Source of the DNA: Octopus vulgaris
Lineage: Eukaryota
Length of the DNA: 64,000 nt
Direction: 5' to 3'
Assembly (NCBI GenBank): GCA_951406725.2
Contig: OX597841.1
Location: 1,612,001 to 1,676,000, forward strand
Shown: positions 1 through 15,023 of the stretch, in pieces
Position numbering within the stretch: position 1 is the stretch's first letter
Layout of the letters: each line of letters begins with the position of its first letter
Translations under genes and position numbers: made by a program
The notes under the pieces: generated by a model
The model's input: only the letters and a program-made list of their open reading frames with translations
Told to the model about the DNA's origin: nothing
Database searches by the model: none

Positions 1-167
1 GCCGTTACGTTCTGGGTTCAAATTCCGCCGAGGTCGACTTTGCCTTTCATCCTTTCGGGGTAGATAAATTAAGTACCAGTTACGCACTGGGGTCGATGTA
101 ATTGACTCAATCCGTTTGTCTGTCCTTGTTTGTCCCCTCTGTGTTTAGCCCCTTGTGGGCAGTAAAG

Positions 168-290
<123 letters not shown>

Positions 291-357
291 TATATATATC
301 AACGTTTTCGTCAATGTATATATATATAATATATTGCAATGTTTTTGTAAAGAATAA

Positions 358-393
<36 letters not shown>

Positions 394-419
394 AAGGGTG
401 AAAAGGAACACACGAGTTG

Positions 420-986
<567 letters not shown>

Positions 987-1244
987 GCTGAATTTGTGTG
1001 TGTGTGTGTGGCAGGTTTGGTAGCCTTCAACTAACACTGTCTCCTCCGAGACCCTGCGGTGCAAGTTGACCAAAATTGAGAGTATGATAGAAGAAGGCTT
1101 GCTTTTCTTTCCGTAGAAGAAAAAATTCAAATCGGACCCTACATACCACACAGCCACTCCTACGCCTGTTTAACCTTTTTATATTTGTTATAAAATAAAA
1201 CTCGTAAACCCGAGGGCTCGTAAAGCGGGTCTTCATGAAATGAG

Positions 1245-1297
<53 letters not shown>

Positions 1298-1489
1298 CAC
1301 ACATACATACATACCTACCTACCTACCTACATGCATGCATGCATACATACATACATACATGCATACATACATACATACATACATACACATACATACATAC
1401 ATACATATATACATACCTACCTACATACATGCATACATACATACGTACATACATACATACATACATACATACATACATACATACATACA

Positions 1490-1523
<34 letters not shown>

Positions 1524-1743
1524 CATACATACATACATAAAACCGAGCCTGTCACCAAAGAGATAGAAAATGAATGAGAAACGAAATTTTGGTTGGAATG
1601 GTTATTGCGGTAATTTTATTTAGAAGCAACAGAGGACTTATGCTAAATGGTGGTGGTCACCTGGCATGGCTGGAGTTGAACAACAATATAAACTGCAACA
1701 AGAATGCCAATAGTCTAGAGTGGATAACCGGGATTGGTTTGTT

Positions 1744-1822
1744 TTATCGCAGCTGGATGAATATGGCCATGGAATCAGCTATACCATGTTCTGAAAGAAC
1801 AAGTACAACAACATACAGCAGC

Positions 1823-1897
<75 letters not shown>

Positions 1898-1901
1898 TGT
1901 G

Positions 1902-1966
<65 letters not shown>

Positions 1967-1997
1967 TGTAGTAGTAGTGGTGGTGGTGGTGGTGATG

Positions 1998-2032
<35 letters not shown>

Positions 2033-2054
2033 AGTAGTAGTAGTGGTGGTGGTT

Positions 2055-2098
<44 letters not shown>

Positions 2099-2136
2099 TG
2101 TAGTAGTAGTAGTAGTAGCAGTGGTGGTGGTAGTAA

Positions 2137-2187
<51 letters not shown>

Positions 2188-3644
2188 GGTTATATGCGGT
2201 CAGAGAATAGCAAAATACTTACCGTACTCCCATGTGGCTTTCCAATTCGTTTCAGAGTAGAGGATTGTAGGGAAATGGTCTGACTTCTCCCAATTACATG
2301 CTTTGAAAGCTTCGTTGATAGTCAACCAACCGATGTCTTTCGGGCAATTTTCATGCTTGTGTGATATATAGAAACGACGTGGGCTGTTGTTTGGGGTAAA
2401 AGAAAAGACAGACCGCTTTCAGCTTGTGTTGTTGTTATTCTACATCGTTACAGTTGCAAAGCAGCTAAGAATAAGAACCGATTTGAAATAAACCTACAAA
2501 ACTTTGCTAATAACTTTATCTATCATTCAAAAGCTTCATTCTCGAAACTGGAGCAAAATACAGCCTTATAGTTTATACAAACGCATACATAAACCTCAGG
2601 CATACACATTTAATTATTAGACATTGACCATAAAAAGATGACAACAGAGGAGGGACAAATTCTAACAAATTTATCTCTCCACTGTTGTCGTCTTACAATT
2701 AAATGACGTGGAAAGTTTCGACGTTTCGGATACCAGTCCTTCATCAGAAGAGAGACAAAAAGAAAAGAAAGAAGAAAGGTGGATGTCGAAGAAAATACGT
2801 TTACACATACATGCATAGAAGCATATTTATATACATACATATATACATGCACGCAGACATACTAACAGAGAGACAGACAGATGAAAGATACAAAGATAGT
2901 AGCTTTTTATCCAAATATTAGATTTCAAAGCATCACATAAAATGTACCCAAAGAATCTAATCTAGACTTATCAAAGACAAATATAAGGTAATTATATTGG
3001 TTTCTAATGAAGGCACAATGTCAGGAATTTAACAGATAGAGCACATGGAATTTCGCAGGTTAACTTCTTTTCGTCGATCCCGACACGATGAAGAACAAAA
3101 GAGGTTTCAAATTTAGCATGCACTGGTAATTATGTTATATAAGATAATAACAGGAACCTTACACATCTCCATAAATTGAGAAGATATTGGTTTGGCCTGG
3201 TGCTAGATCATCCCATGGAGAACTTTTGAGGTGTTTGATATCGAACCAGGTTCCAAGGTGTGAATTTCGCCCATCAAAGACCATAGTTACCAAAGCTGTT
3301 TCATTTTTGTATATCACAAGTTTCACCTGAATAAAAGACAAGTCAAATATGTATGTACACACACACATATAAATATATGTATATATATATATATATGTAT
3401 ATGTATGTATGTATATATGTTTGTATTATGTATGTATGTATGTATGTATCTGACCGCATGTGTACCGTTGGCAATTATTTTTCTTCCATCTTCCCTTCTT
3501 TGGATCTTTCCTTTTCCTCTGTTTCTGACGAAGAGCTCTGCTCGAAACGTTAAGCCCTCCTTCTTTCCTTCTTTCCTGAGCGTCCAATAATACTATACTT
3601 GTTCCGTGTTGTTGTGCTTTCTCTTTGTGTTTTCATATTTGGAT

Positions 3645-3699
<55 letters not shown>

Positions 3700-5134
3700 T
3701 CTGTTTTGGAATATTTTAAAGGGCACACATAAAGCCATAAATACGAGGGGTACCCAAAAGTAACCGGAAACGTTCTCTGTGAGACAAGCCTGTGATAGTT
3801 AAGGCTTCCACCGCTAGAAACTACTTGACGCAACCCTCAGCTATCAGTCTACCGACCATCGTCTGCTACGGTCATACTGCCACGTCGTGCGCCTTTGTTT
3901 TGCAGCGCTTCTCCCCCTGTTCGTCGATTTTTACGACGGTTGAAACTAAAGAACAGCGTGATGCCGTGAAATTCTGTTTTCCGATGGAGATAAATACAAC
4001 CGAAGCTGTTGTCATTCTTCAAACAGCTCCCAAGGACACTGCCATGAGTAAATCACAAGTTTACGAGTGGTTTTCACGCTTTAGAAATATCCACTTGTCG
4101 CTTGGAAACAAAACTTGAACCGGGTAACCGTCAACCCCAACACGAGCGATCTTTGAAGACCGTCGCTGAACAATTGATGGACTTGTTGGTATGACTGGTA
4201 TGTTCTGCACACCAGTGGTGTTGTGAGTAGCCGCCCGGATGAATAGAGATCCTTGTTAGTCAATAGAATCAGTGTAAAATTAAAATAACAATTTATGTAT
4301 CACATTTATTTTAAATACCGCAATAAGCAAATTTACAGTTGTAATCATCAAGGATATATGTAGTACTAGCAGTATCGCCCGGCGTTGCTCGGCTTTGTAA
4401 GGGAAATAACTATATAAGCATTTTTAGAGAGTTACTTCCCTTATAGATGCCAATTCGGGCTTTCTTAGCCATTTCTGTTTTGGTGTCTTCAAGCCATGAA
4501 GTCGTTGTTCTAAAAGAACGCTGGTCTCCTTGACAACGCTTTACGACGTTGATTTCCTTACACTCCCTTCCCCACAGCTTCACGAGGGAGGGAAGAAGGG
4601 GGAGAAGCAAATAGGTGCAGCTGTGAGCGTGGACGCCAACTCCGCCGCCATCGACACACGAAAAATTATGCATTAAAATGGAATAAAAAATTATGTTAAA
4701 TTATTTTTAAAATCGTAGACTCATCGTAGACGCGCGCTAATAGCCAGACGGGCTCGATATTAATCACGACTATAAGATACGCGAATTTGATTAAACTGCA
4801 CCGCAAAATGTGGGAGTAGTTAGGAATCTAAATCGAAGGGGACAGACACTCACACAACTACAGTTTTATATATATAGATACCGCAATAAGCAAATTTACA
4901 GTTGTAATCATCAAGGATATATATGTAGTATAAGTTTGTGCGTGTACATACCTGCTCAATTGGAAGATGGTTCCAGATATCAAGTATTGGATGTCGGAAG
5001 AAATTCGGACAATGGATACCATTGCATTTGTCCACATTCCAGGATGAAGGACTTCCTACCTTTAAGAAGGAGTTAAAGATCAACGAATTTGCTCCCATTG
5101 ACATGGCATAAGTTTTAATCCATTCACTACCTGA

Positions 5135-5204
<70 letters not shown>

Positions 5205-5231
5205 GTAGTAGTAGTAGTAGTAATAATAATA

Positions 5232-5274
<43 letters not shown>

Positions 5275-5335
5275 CGATGACGATAACGACGATACCACCA
5301 ACACCACCACCACCAACAACAACAACAACAACAAC

Positions 5336-5386
<51 letters not shown>

Positions 5387-5931
5387 AATGATAATAATAA
5401 TAATAATATTATAATAATAATGAGGAGAAGAAGAATTGGAAGAAGAAGAAGAAGAAGAAGAAGAAGAAGAAGAAGAATTGGAAGAAGAAGAAGAAGAAGA
5501 AGAAGAATTGGAAGAAGAAGAAGAAGAAGAAGAAGAAGAAGAAGAAGAAGAAGAAGAAGAAGAAGAAGAAGAAGAAGAAGAAGGCTTCACTTACTTCTGT
5601 AGTAGGAAATCTCGTTACTGTCCTTCGAACCGACGACCGTCATAATATTCTTCGGTGAGTAATTCTTACAAACATGGCTGTCTTTGTTGTAAGTGAAGAA
5701 TTCTGATTTGCTGCTTAGAGCGAGGCCGGAACACTCCAGTAGACTTCGTGTTGAGTAGAATATTTCCGACGGTGACGACTGAAGGTAATCGTAAGAGTAA
5801 CCAGGAGGCAAAGATCTGTAATCGGCTGCACGGGATTCCTCGTTCGAGGTTGCAATCAGAATTGTTGTTGCAAAGATTATCAGGATTACCCTGGACATGG
5901 TTGGACTGGCAGAAGAATGAAACCGGAACAT
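1744..5931 (-). CDS. Paralog A: intact 5-coding-exon gene, 295 aa putative secreted PAN/Apple-like + uncharacterised Trp/Cys-rich domain protein. Exons 5931-5595, 5130-4952, 3326-3163, 2383-2223, 1790-1744
   Basis: Manually spliced with GT-AG at all junctions; 337+179+164+161+47=888 nt, open to TAA. Protein: MFRFHSSASPTMSRVILIIFATTILIATS...LECSGLALSSKSEFFTYNKDSHVC...SEWIKTYAMSMG...[18 protein letters not shown]...[70 protein letters not shown]. Exon sizes and phases match the other paralogs. Confidence 0.9.
2720..2747 (-). ncRNA. Minimal hammerhead-like motif in intron of paralog A (homolog in B at 18554-18582)
   Basis: CUGAUGA-AGGA(CUGGUA)UCC-GAAACGUC; palindromic minimal stem III, weak stem I. 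Confidence 0.45.
3450..3650 (+). mobile_element. Short (TA)n-associated repeat carrying a hammerhead-like core at 3525-3552; second copy at 43505-43710 (-)
   Basis: CTGACGA-AGAGC-TCT-GCTC-GAAACGTTA. A related motif lies at 59266-59292. Confidence 0.55.
3741..4215 (+). mobile_element. Mariner transposase N-terminal relic
   Basis: TACGAGGG terminus; EQRDAVKFCF..T..L..A..D.AMSKSQVYEWFSRF (HTH). Confidence 0.7.
4364..4879 (+). mobile_element. Non-autonomous Helentron/DINE-1-like element; second copy at 45109-45620
   Basis: Starts TACTAGCAGTATCGCCCGGCGTTGCTCGG and ends GACAGACACTCAC..TTTTATATATAT; the two copies are nearly identical. Confidence 0.65.
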
Positions 5932-5955
5932 TCTGGACCTGGAATCAGCAAACGG

Positions 5956-6052
<97 letters not shown>

Positions 6053-6146
6053 CTTTTATTTGTTTCAGTTATTTGACTGCGGCCATCGGTTGTCAAGCGA
6101 TGCTGGGAGACAAACACAGACACACAAACATATACACACACATACA

Positions 6147-6222
<76 letters not shown>

Positions 6223-6249
6223 TACATACATATAATATATATATATATA

Positions 6250-6625
6250 GGCGCAGGAGTGGCTGTGTAGTAAGTAGCCTGTCTACCAACCACATGGTTC
6301 CGGGTTCAGTCCCACTGCGTGGCACCTTGGGCAAGTGTCTTCTACTATAGCCTCGGGCCGACCAATGCCTTGTGAGTGGATTTGGTAGACGGAAACTGAA
6401 AGAAACCCTTCGTATATATATATATATGTATGCGTGTGTGTGTGTTTGTGTTTGTGTGTTTGTCCCCATAGCATTGCTTGACGACCGATGCTGGTGTGTT
6501 TGTGTCCCCGTCACTTAGCGGTTCGGCAAAAGAGACCGATAGAATAAGTACTGGGCTTACAATCGAGTTGCTCGATTAAAGGCGGTGCTCCAGCATGGCC
6601 GCAGTCAAATGACTGAAACAAGTAA
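6250..6625 (+). mobile_element. tRNA-type SINE family 1 (other copies 6700-6990, 27496-27885, 45672-46066, 59570-59988, 60750-61005)
   Basis: GGCGCAGGAGTGGCTGTG..GGTTCAGTCCC (A/B-box-like), CCTTGGGCAAGTG core, conserved tail GCTCCAGCATGGCCGCAGTCAAATGACTGAAAC. Confidence 0.8.
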
Positions 6626-6650
6626 AAGAGTAAAGAGTAAAAGAGTATAT

Positions 6651-6687
<37 letters not shown>

Positions 6688-7233
6688 CATATATACGAGG
6701 GGCTTCTTTCAGTTTCCGTCTACCAAATCCACTCACAAGGCTTTGGTCGGCCCGAGGCTATAGTAGAAGACATTTGCTCAAGATGCCACGCAGTGGGACT
6801 GAACCCGGAACTATGTGGTTGGAAAGCATCCGCCCACCATCGCTTAACAACCGATGTTGGTGTGTTTACGTCCCCGTAACTTGGCGTTTCGGCAAAAGAG
6901 ACCGATAGAATAAGTACTAGGTTCCCAAAGAATAAATCAAAGGGTCGATTTCTTCGACTAAAGGCGGTGCTCCAGCATGGCCGCAGTCAAATTACTGAAC
7001 CATGGGTTTTGCAGTAAATCACTAAATCATCCATAACTTTTGTATTATCCTCTCAAATTACACCAAAATCTCAGGCAATAACAAATAATATCGTATTTAT
7101 TGTCTGTGAAAATTATAGAATACAAAACAACTTTGATAAAAATTATATCTACTTTTCTGACGAAAACAATGCCGTTCTGAACATTTTGGCAGCAACTGTA
7201 TATAATATTTATATATATATATATATTTATATA

Positions 7234-7656
7234 TATATTAATAAAAGGAATTCCAACCTTGTCTGATTTTCACGTTTTATTTACAATCTTATAAGGATAT
7301 ATTAGAAGATAATATATTATAATTGAATAAAATAAAATGAAATAGTAGAATGTAAAATGTTCATTCTGATTGAACTAGTACTTTCATGCATTGAATTCTG
7401 CAATCTTCGGGTTCATAGTAGTGGTGACAGTCATGCTTCAAAAATTGTGAAGCATGACTGTCACCACTACTACATGAACCTGAGGATTGCAGAATTTAAT
7501 GCATGAAAGTACTAGTTCAATCAGAATGAACATTTTACATTCTACTATTTCATTTTATTTTATTCTATTATAATATATTATCTTCTAATATATCATTATA
7601 AGATTGTAAATAAAACGTGAAAATCAGACAAGGTTGGAATTCCTTTTATTAATATA
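7234..7656. repeat. ~420-bp near-perfect palindrome centred at ~7444
   Basis: ...GTGACAGTCATGCTTCA AAAATTG TGAAGCATGACTGTCAC...; one arm recurs at ~60110-60265. Confidence 0.85.
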
Positions 7657-7683
7657 TTCTTCTATACACAATCACACACACCC

Positions 7684-7759
<76 letters not shown>

Positions 7760-8127
7760 GTATATATATATGTATATATATATATATATTTATATAATAA
7801 ATAAATAAAACATATGCATATATACATACATATATGTACGTATCTACCTCTACATGTATATATACATGCATATATGGGTACAGGACATCAAAATAACCGT
7901 CGAACACAATGAGAAACGAAAACATAAACACAAAACCAAGGAAATGAACATTTTTCTTAAACAACGAAAAAATAGAGTACAGGACATACAAAACAAGGAA
8001 AATTCCCCTTCTTCAGTCGCCTTTGTTTCATCTGCTCCACGTTTCGAAGGTCAAGGCGACTTACAAAACTTTAATGAAACAATCCTTCCCGCGAAAATCA
8101 AATTAAATATGTATACTCTTTATATAT

Positions 8128-8348
<221 letters not shown>

Positions 8349-8964
8349 ACAAAGAAAAGAGTGTAAAGATGAGGAAGCGTCTACCGAGAGACGGAGTGGA
8401 GGGTATTAAGCTAATAGTGGAAGAGAGAGGGAGAACGATAGAAACAGCGATAAACACAGACGGGATGGTCACGCCTGGAATTTCTTTGAATAAAGAAGTG
8501 TTCAATCAGGCCTGGCCTGGTGCAAAGCAACAACAGGATAATGTATTCATAGCACTCGTATTCCTAAAGAATACCTACATACATACATACATACATACAT
8601 ACATACATACATACATACATACACACACATACATACATACATACACACACACATACATACACACACACATACATACACACACACACACATACATACATAC
8701 ATACATACATACATACATACATACATACATACATACATACACGCACACACACTCAATCAAAACTGACATACACACATTCTCACACACACACATTCACACA
8801 CACACATTCACATAAGCAAGAGCATACACACTCACTCTCTCACACAAACATGCACAAAGACACTCTCACATACTACCATGCACGCACGCACACACACACA
8901 CACACGCGCGCGCGCGCACACACACACGCACAGAAGATGATTATGAAATCCCAAAAGAACTTAC

Positions 8965-9300
8965 CTTTGTTGGGCAGAGATGCTGTACCTATGCTTTAAT
9001 TGGATAACGCAGGTGATGTCAGTTCTGTCCACTATTGGAACAACCGTCCACTTAATATGAGTAGTGTGCCAAAATATCAAATGCCAACATTAACCGCTGC
9101 TTTTAAAACCACCGCAGAGGTCAGCCCTTTCTGAAAATGCCAAGACAGATCTCAAGTTCTCCGAATGTCCAGCGACAGCAGCGATTTCTGCTGTTATAAC
9201 TGATGCGCTGTGATATGAAAACTGTCCACAAATTTCAGTAATGACCACTGATATAAACGCCTTTCACACCTATGGTTGTCCACTTATGGTATTATTTCTC
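8965..9300 (-). other. Putative 5' leader (non-coding) exon of paralog A; upstream boundary approximate
   Basis: Ends ...CCCAACAAAG|GTAAGT. Homologous to sequence upstream of the same donor motif in B, C and D. The first coding exon has an acceptor (GCTGATTCCAG) 7 nt before its ATG. Confidence 0.6.
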
Positions 9301-9530
9301 TGCTGGAGCCAAAAGTACATTTGTTTAATTATAATTCAATAAGCGGACCCACTTCGCTGAACATACAGATAAGATATATATCTCTCTGTAACCAATAAGG
9401 TGTGAACAGCGCTGTTATAGTTGTTGATGTGGATGGTGGTGGTGGTGGTGGTTTTATGAATGGACTTATGTATGTATGTATGTATGTATGTATGCATGTA
9501 TGTATGTATGTATATATGTATGTATGTATG

Positions 9531-9564
<34 letters not shown>

Positions 9565-9576
9565 TGAATATATGTG

Positions 9577-9610
<34 letters not shown>

Positions 9611-9867
9611 TGTATGAATATATGTGTGTATGTATGTATGTATGTATGTATGTATGTATGTATGTATGTATGTATATATGTATGTATATATGTTTGTATG
9701 TATATATGTATCTATGTATGTATGTATGTTTGTATGTATATATATAAGTATGTATGTATATATGTATGTATGTATATATGTATGTATGTATGTATGTATT
9801 TATGTATGTTTGTATGTATGTACGTATGTATGTGCGTATGTATGTACACAAAACACGCAAACACACA

Positions 9868-9932
<65 letters not shown>

Positions 9933-9935
<3 letters not shown>

Positions 9936-12010
9936 GTGCGGTTTGTTCCAAAAGTAATGCAAAATCGTAAAAGGGCCGACCCTCTCTGTCAACTGATAAA
10001 AGCTCGTTCAAATAGTCCATGTTGACTGAGAAACTCGTTTTCTACGGAAGCTCTTCTTCTTGCTCTTCTTCTTCATTGCAAGCAATTATTGGGCGCAGTC
10101 CAGGATCAACAAACCATCCCTGGGTTGTAGTTGAAGGCAAGGTACAGACTCTCTTCATCCACGAAATTCTTCAAGTTATTTACGAAGATAACATCATTGG
10201 CCGGGGCAATGATCACGAATGGATGACGAAGGTTAAAGAGAGGGAAACCTGCATAGCAGACAATCCACGCAGCTGGAGACCATCACCTGCGACTATGGAC
10301 ATGAATCGCCAGCAAATCTACAAACTGGTTCGTGCAAATAGAAGAGTCAGGATTGGAGAGCTTACGACGCAACTAGACTGTGGCTGTAACGTCTCGCAGA
10401 AGAAGATGGAAGATTCAGGGCATCGGGACGTGTGCGCAAAGTGGCTGCCTCGGAAGCAGATATCCGATTTGAAGAAGATAAGGGTGGATGTCTGCTTTGA
10501 GATAAGGGCGGGTGTCTACTTTGATCTCTTGGAAGTGTTTGAAATGGGGGTTTTTTTAACTTTATTTCATATCATGACATGGTATGAAAAGCAGGAGTAT
10601 TTTTATGGTCCAGAAATGAAATTTTTTCAGGCGGCGAGCTGGCAGAAACGTTAGCACGCTGGGCGAAATGCTTAGCGGTATTTCGTCTGCCGTTACGTTG
10701 TGAGTTCAAATTCTGCCGAGGTCGACTTTGCCTTTCATCCTTTCGGGGTCAATTAAATAAGTACCAGTTGGGTTGATGTAATCGACTTAATCCGTTTGTC
10801 TGTCCTTGTTTGTCCTCTGTTTAGCCCCTTGTGGATAGTATAAAAAAATAGGCATTTCGTCTGCCGTTACGTTCTGAGTTCAAATTCCGCCGAGGTCGAC
10901 TTTGCCTTTCATTCTTCCGGGGTCGATTAAATAAATACCAGTTACGCACTGGGGTCGATACAATCGGCTTAATCCGTTTGTCTGTCCTTGTTTGTCCTCT
11001 CTGTGTTTAGCTCCTTCTGGGTAGTAAAGAAATAGGTATTTCGTCAGCCGTTACGTTCTGAGTTCAAATTCCGCCGAGGTCGACTTTGCTTTTCATCCTT
11101 TCAGTTATGCAATGGGGTCGATATAATCGACTTAATCCGTTTGTCTGTCCTTGGTTGTCCTCTCTGTGTTTAGCCCCTTGTGGGTAGTAAAGGAATAGGT
11201 ATTTTATTTGTCTTTATGTTCTGAGTTCAAATTCCGCCGAGGTCGAATTTGCTTTTCATCTTTTCGGAGTTGATAAATAAAGTACCAGTTACGCACTGGG
11301 GTCGATGTAATCGACTTAATCCCTTTGTCTGTCCTTGTTTGTCTCCTCTATGTTTAGCCCCTTGTGGACAATAAAGAAATAAGAAATGAGATCTTTTCTA
11401 CTCTAGGCACAAGGGCCGAAATTTGGGGGGAAGGGGCCAGTCGATTAAATCGATCCCACTATGCAACTGGTATTTAATTTATCGACCCCGAATGTATGAA
11501 AGGCAAAGTCGACCTCGGTGGAATTTGAACTCAGAACGTAAAGACAGAAGAAATACAGCTAAGCATTTCGCCGGCGTGCTACCGATTCTGCCGCCTTCCA
11601 GAAATGAAATCTTACTCCGTAAAATGGCGTCGCCATTCTTCTCCAAGTTCTAAAACGTTCAAGAAGTAGAAGTGAGAGACCGAACGAGAATCTGAAAACG
11701 ATTCATATTCACGAGGACTATGTGTGACCCACCCCACGGACCTTTGGCAATGAATCAGTTAATCGGCAAACTGGGCTGCTCTGTAGTTCGCCCACCTAAT
11801 ATATGATCCAGATTTGACTCCCACCTCCGATTTCCACTTATTCAGTCCAATAAGAAAAAAACTGTCTTTAAGGACAGTGGTTTGATGGACACAGATGAGG
11901 TTAAAATAGCTGCGAAGAAATGGGTAGAATAGTTGCATATCTGAGGTGTTTTTAAAGGGAGATCTGAGATTAGGGTCCCACGACGGTGTAAATGCTGGAA
12001 CATCCGATAT
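9933..12010 (+). mobile_element. Degenerate mariner element split by the SINE array
   Basis: IHEILQVIY..W..K..D.PRS.RP..LVRANRRV..EL..VCAKWLPR in 10019-10654; a DL.P.DFHLF-like remnant at ~11810-11850. Confidence 0.6.
10630..11383 (+). mobile_element. SINE family 2, head-to-tail tetramer (single or partial copies at 1-170, 11395-11600, 21115-21315, 27145-27280, 28755-28865, 41290-41382, 44555-44720)
   Basis: GAGTTCAAATTCCGCCGAGGTCGACTTTGCCTTTCATCCTTTCGGGGTCGAT repeated at ~170-185 nt spacing; resembles the Meta-type SINE central domain. Confidence 0.8.
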
Positions 12011-13127
12011 TGTTCCTTTATTTCAAAAGGTTGAAACAAAAAAAAAAAAGGAAAAAAAAGAAAGGAGTGGATATTATTTTCTTAGATACCATTTATCTGA
12101 AGAATTGACCAGATGGGCACGCCTGGAGCATGCTCGTCCATAAGCCATCTTAAAAATTCTAAAAGCAAAAATAAGTGTTATATATATATATATATGTATA
12201 TTAGATACGGTATATCCGAATAGAAAACAGAATGGCAATGGGTGAAAGCCCGAGGATCGTGGGCTCAGCTGAATTACAGCTTCCCTAAACATCTCAGAAG
12301 TCGTCATCTGATGAACAGGCGTTGGGTTTAAATGTACAGAACAACAGCGGAGAAGTCGTGAAGCCCAGGGCAGCCTTCGTTTTTATGACATCTTTTAATT
12401 CTAATTCAGACCATTGCATTTCTAGATTGTATTATTCAATCCGTCATACTTCTTTATCTTATTTTTTACTTTTCCTTTTTTTTTTTTTTTGTTTTTTCCT
12501 TTATGAGAGCTGTAACTGCTATTTCTAGCAGTTATCATAATCCACTCAATAAATTCCTGAATTTATAGAGTTGTTTCCCTTGAAAAAAAATTATCTCCGT
12601 TAGAATCAACAAATTACCTCCCTTTGGCAAACTGCTATTAAGTGACAGAAAAATACGTCATCAACATTACTAGACGTACAGTTTATAGATATGATAAAAG
12701 ATATTGAGTTGTGAGGCAGATTCGTTAGATTTTTTGCCAATGTTATTTGAATTAACGCAAAAAAATATTTTTATCGAAGTGTTTTGCTTCTCCTTTGCTT
12801 CTCGTTTTTGAAAAGTAAATTTTCACTTCTTCCCACACAGATAACTATAGAATACCAAGGAGAAAAAAAAAAACATACGAGCATTTTCGACTTCTGCTTC
12901 TATTTGCTTTCAGTCAAGGTTTCAAAGCTTTCACAAAGCTTTCAAGACATTTATGTTGTGTACGGAGAAGGCACAGATACTGAAAAACTGCACCAGAGAT
13001 GGTTAAAATTTCTTTCATTAAAACCCTTTCTAACATGGAAGTATCCTAAGAGCATTTGAGGCATATAATGCTTTATGAGCACAAAAAAGGAAACTCTGCA
13101 GCCAAAGCAACTCGAAACATACACTGC

Positions 13128-14237
13128 ATACATACATACATACATACATACATACATACATACATACATTCATACATACATACATACATACGTACGTACA
13201 TACATACATACATACATACATACATACACACATACATACATTCATACATACATACATACATACATACATACATACATACATACATACATACATACATACA
13301 TACATACATACATACAACATACATACATACATACATACATACATACACACATACATACATACATACATACATACATACATACACACACACATACATACAT
13401 ACATACACACATACATACATACATACATACATATACACATACATATACATACATACATACATACATACATACATACATACATACATACATACATACATAC
13501 ATACATACATACATACATACATACATACATACATACATACATACATACATACATACATACATACATACATACATACATACATACATACATACATACATAC
13601 ATACATACATACATACATACATACATACATACATACATACATACATACATACATACATACATACATACATACATACATACATACATACATACATACATAC
13701 ATACATACATACATACATACATACATACATACATACATACATACATACATACATACATACATACATACATACATACATACATACATACATACATACATAC
13801 ATACATACATACATACATACATACATACATACATACATACATACATACATACATACATACATACATACATACATACATACATACATACATACATACATAC
13901 ATACATACATACATACATACATACATACATACATACATACATACATACATACATACATACATACATACATACATACATACATACATACATACATACATAC
14001 ATACATACATACATACATACATACATACATACATACATACATACATACATACACATACATATGCATACATACATACATACGTACATGCATACATATATAC
14101 ATACATGCATACATACATACATATATACATACATACATACATACATACATACATACATACATACATACATACATACATACATACATACATACATACATAC
14201 ATACATACATACATACATACATACATACATACATACA

Positions 14238-14269
<32 letters not shown>

Positions 14270-14989
14270 CATACATACATACATACATACATACATACAT
14301 ACATACATACATACATACATACATACATACATACATACATACATACATACATACATACATACATACATACATACATACATACATACATACATACATACAT
14401 ACATACATACATACATACATACATACATACATACATACATACATACATACATACATACATACATACATACATACATACATACATACATACATACATACAT
14501 ACATACATACATACATACATACATACATACATACATACATACATACATACATACATACATACATACATACATACATACATACATACATACATACATACAT
14601 ACATACATACATACATACATACATACATACATACATACATACACATACATACATACATACATACATACATACATACATACATACATACATACATACATAC
14701 ATACATACATACATACATACATACATACATACATACATACATACATACATACATACATACATACATACATACATACATACATACATACATACATACATAC
14801 ATACATACATACATACATACATACATACATACATACATACATACATACATACATACATACATACATACATACATACATACATACATACATACATACATAC
14901 ATACATACATACATACATACATACATACATACATACATACATACATACATACATACATACATACATACATACATACATACATACATACA

Positions 14990-15023
<34 letters not shown>

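Noticed and set aside
1574-2260. 228-aa Ser-rich ORF and similar poly-S/I/N/L/Y ORFs
   Set aside because: Trinucleotide microsatellites; this one is antisense to exons 4-5 of paralog A.
10630-11383. CRISPR-like regular repeats or tRNA genes
   Set aside because: Whole ~180-nt units repeat with no unique spacers, and the tRNA-like heads belong to dispersed SINEs in a eukaryotic context.
13050-13127. HLRHIMLYEHKKGNSAAKATRNI mariner-like start
   Set aside because: Only ~25 codons before the microsatellite; too short to annotate as an element.
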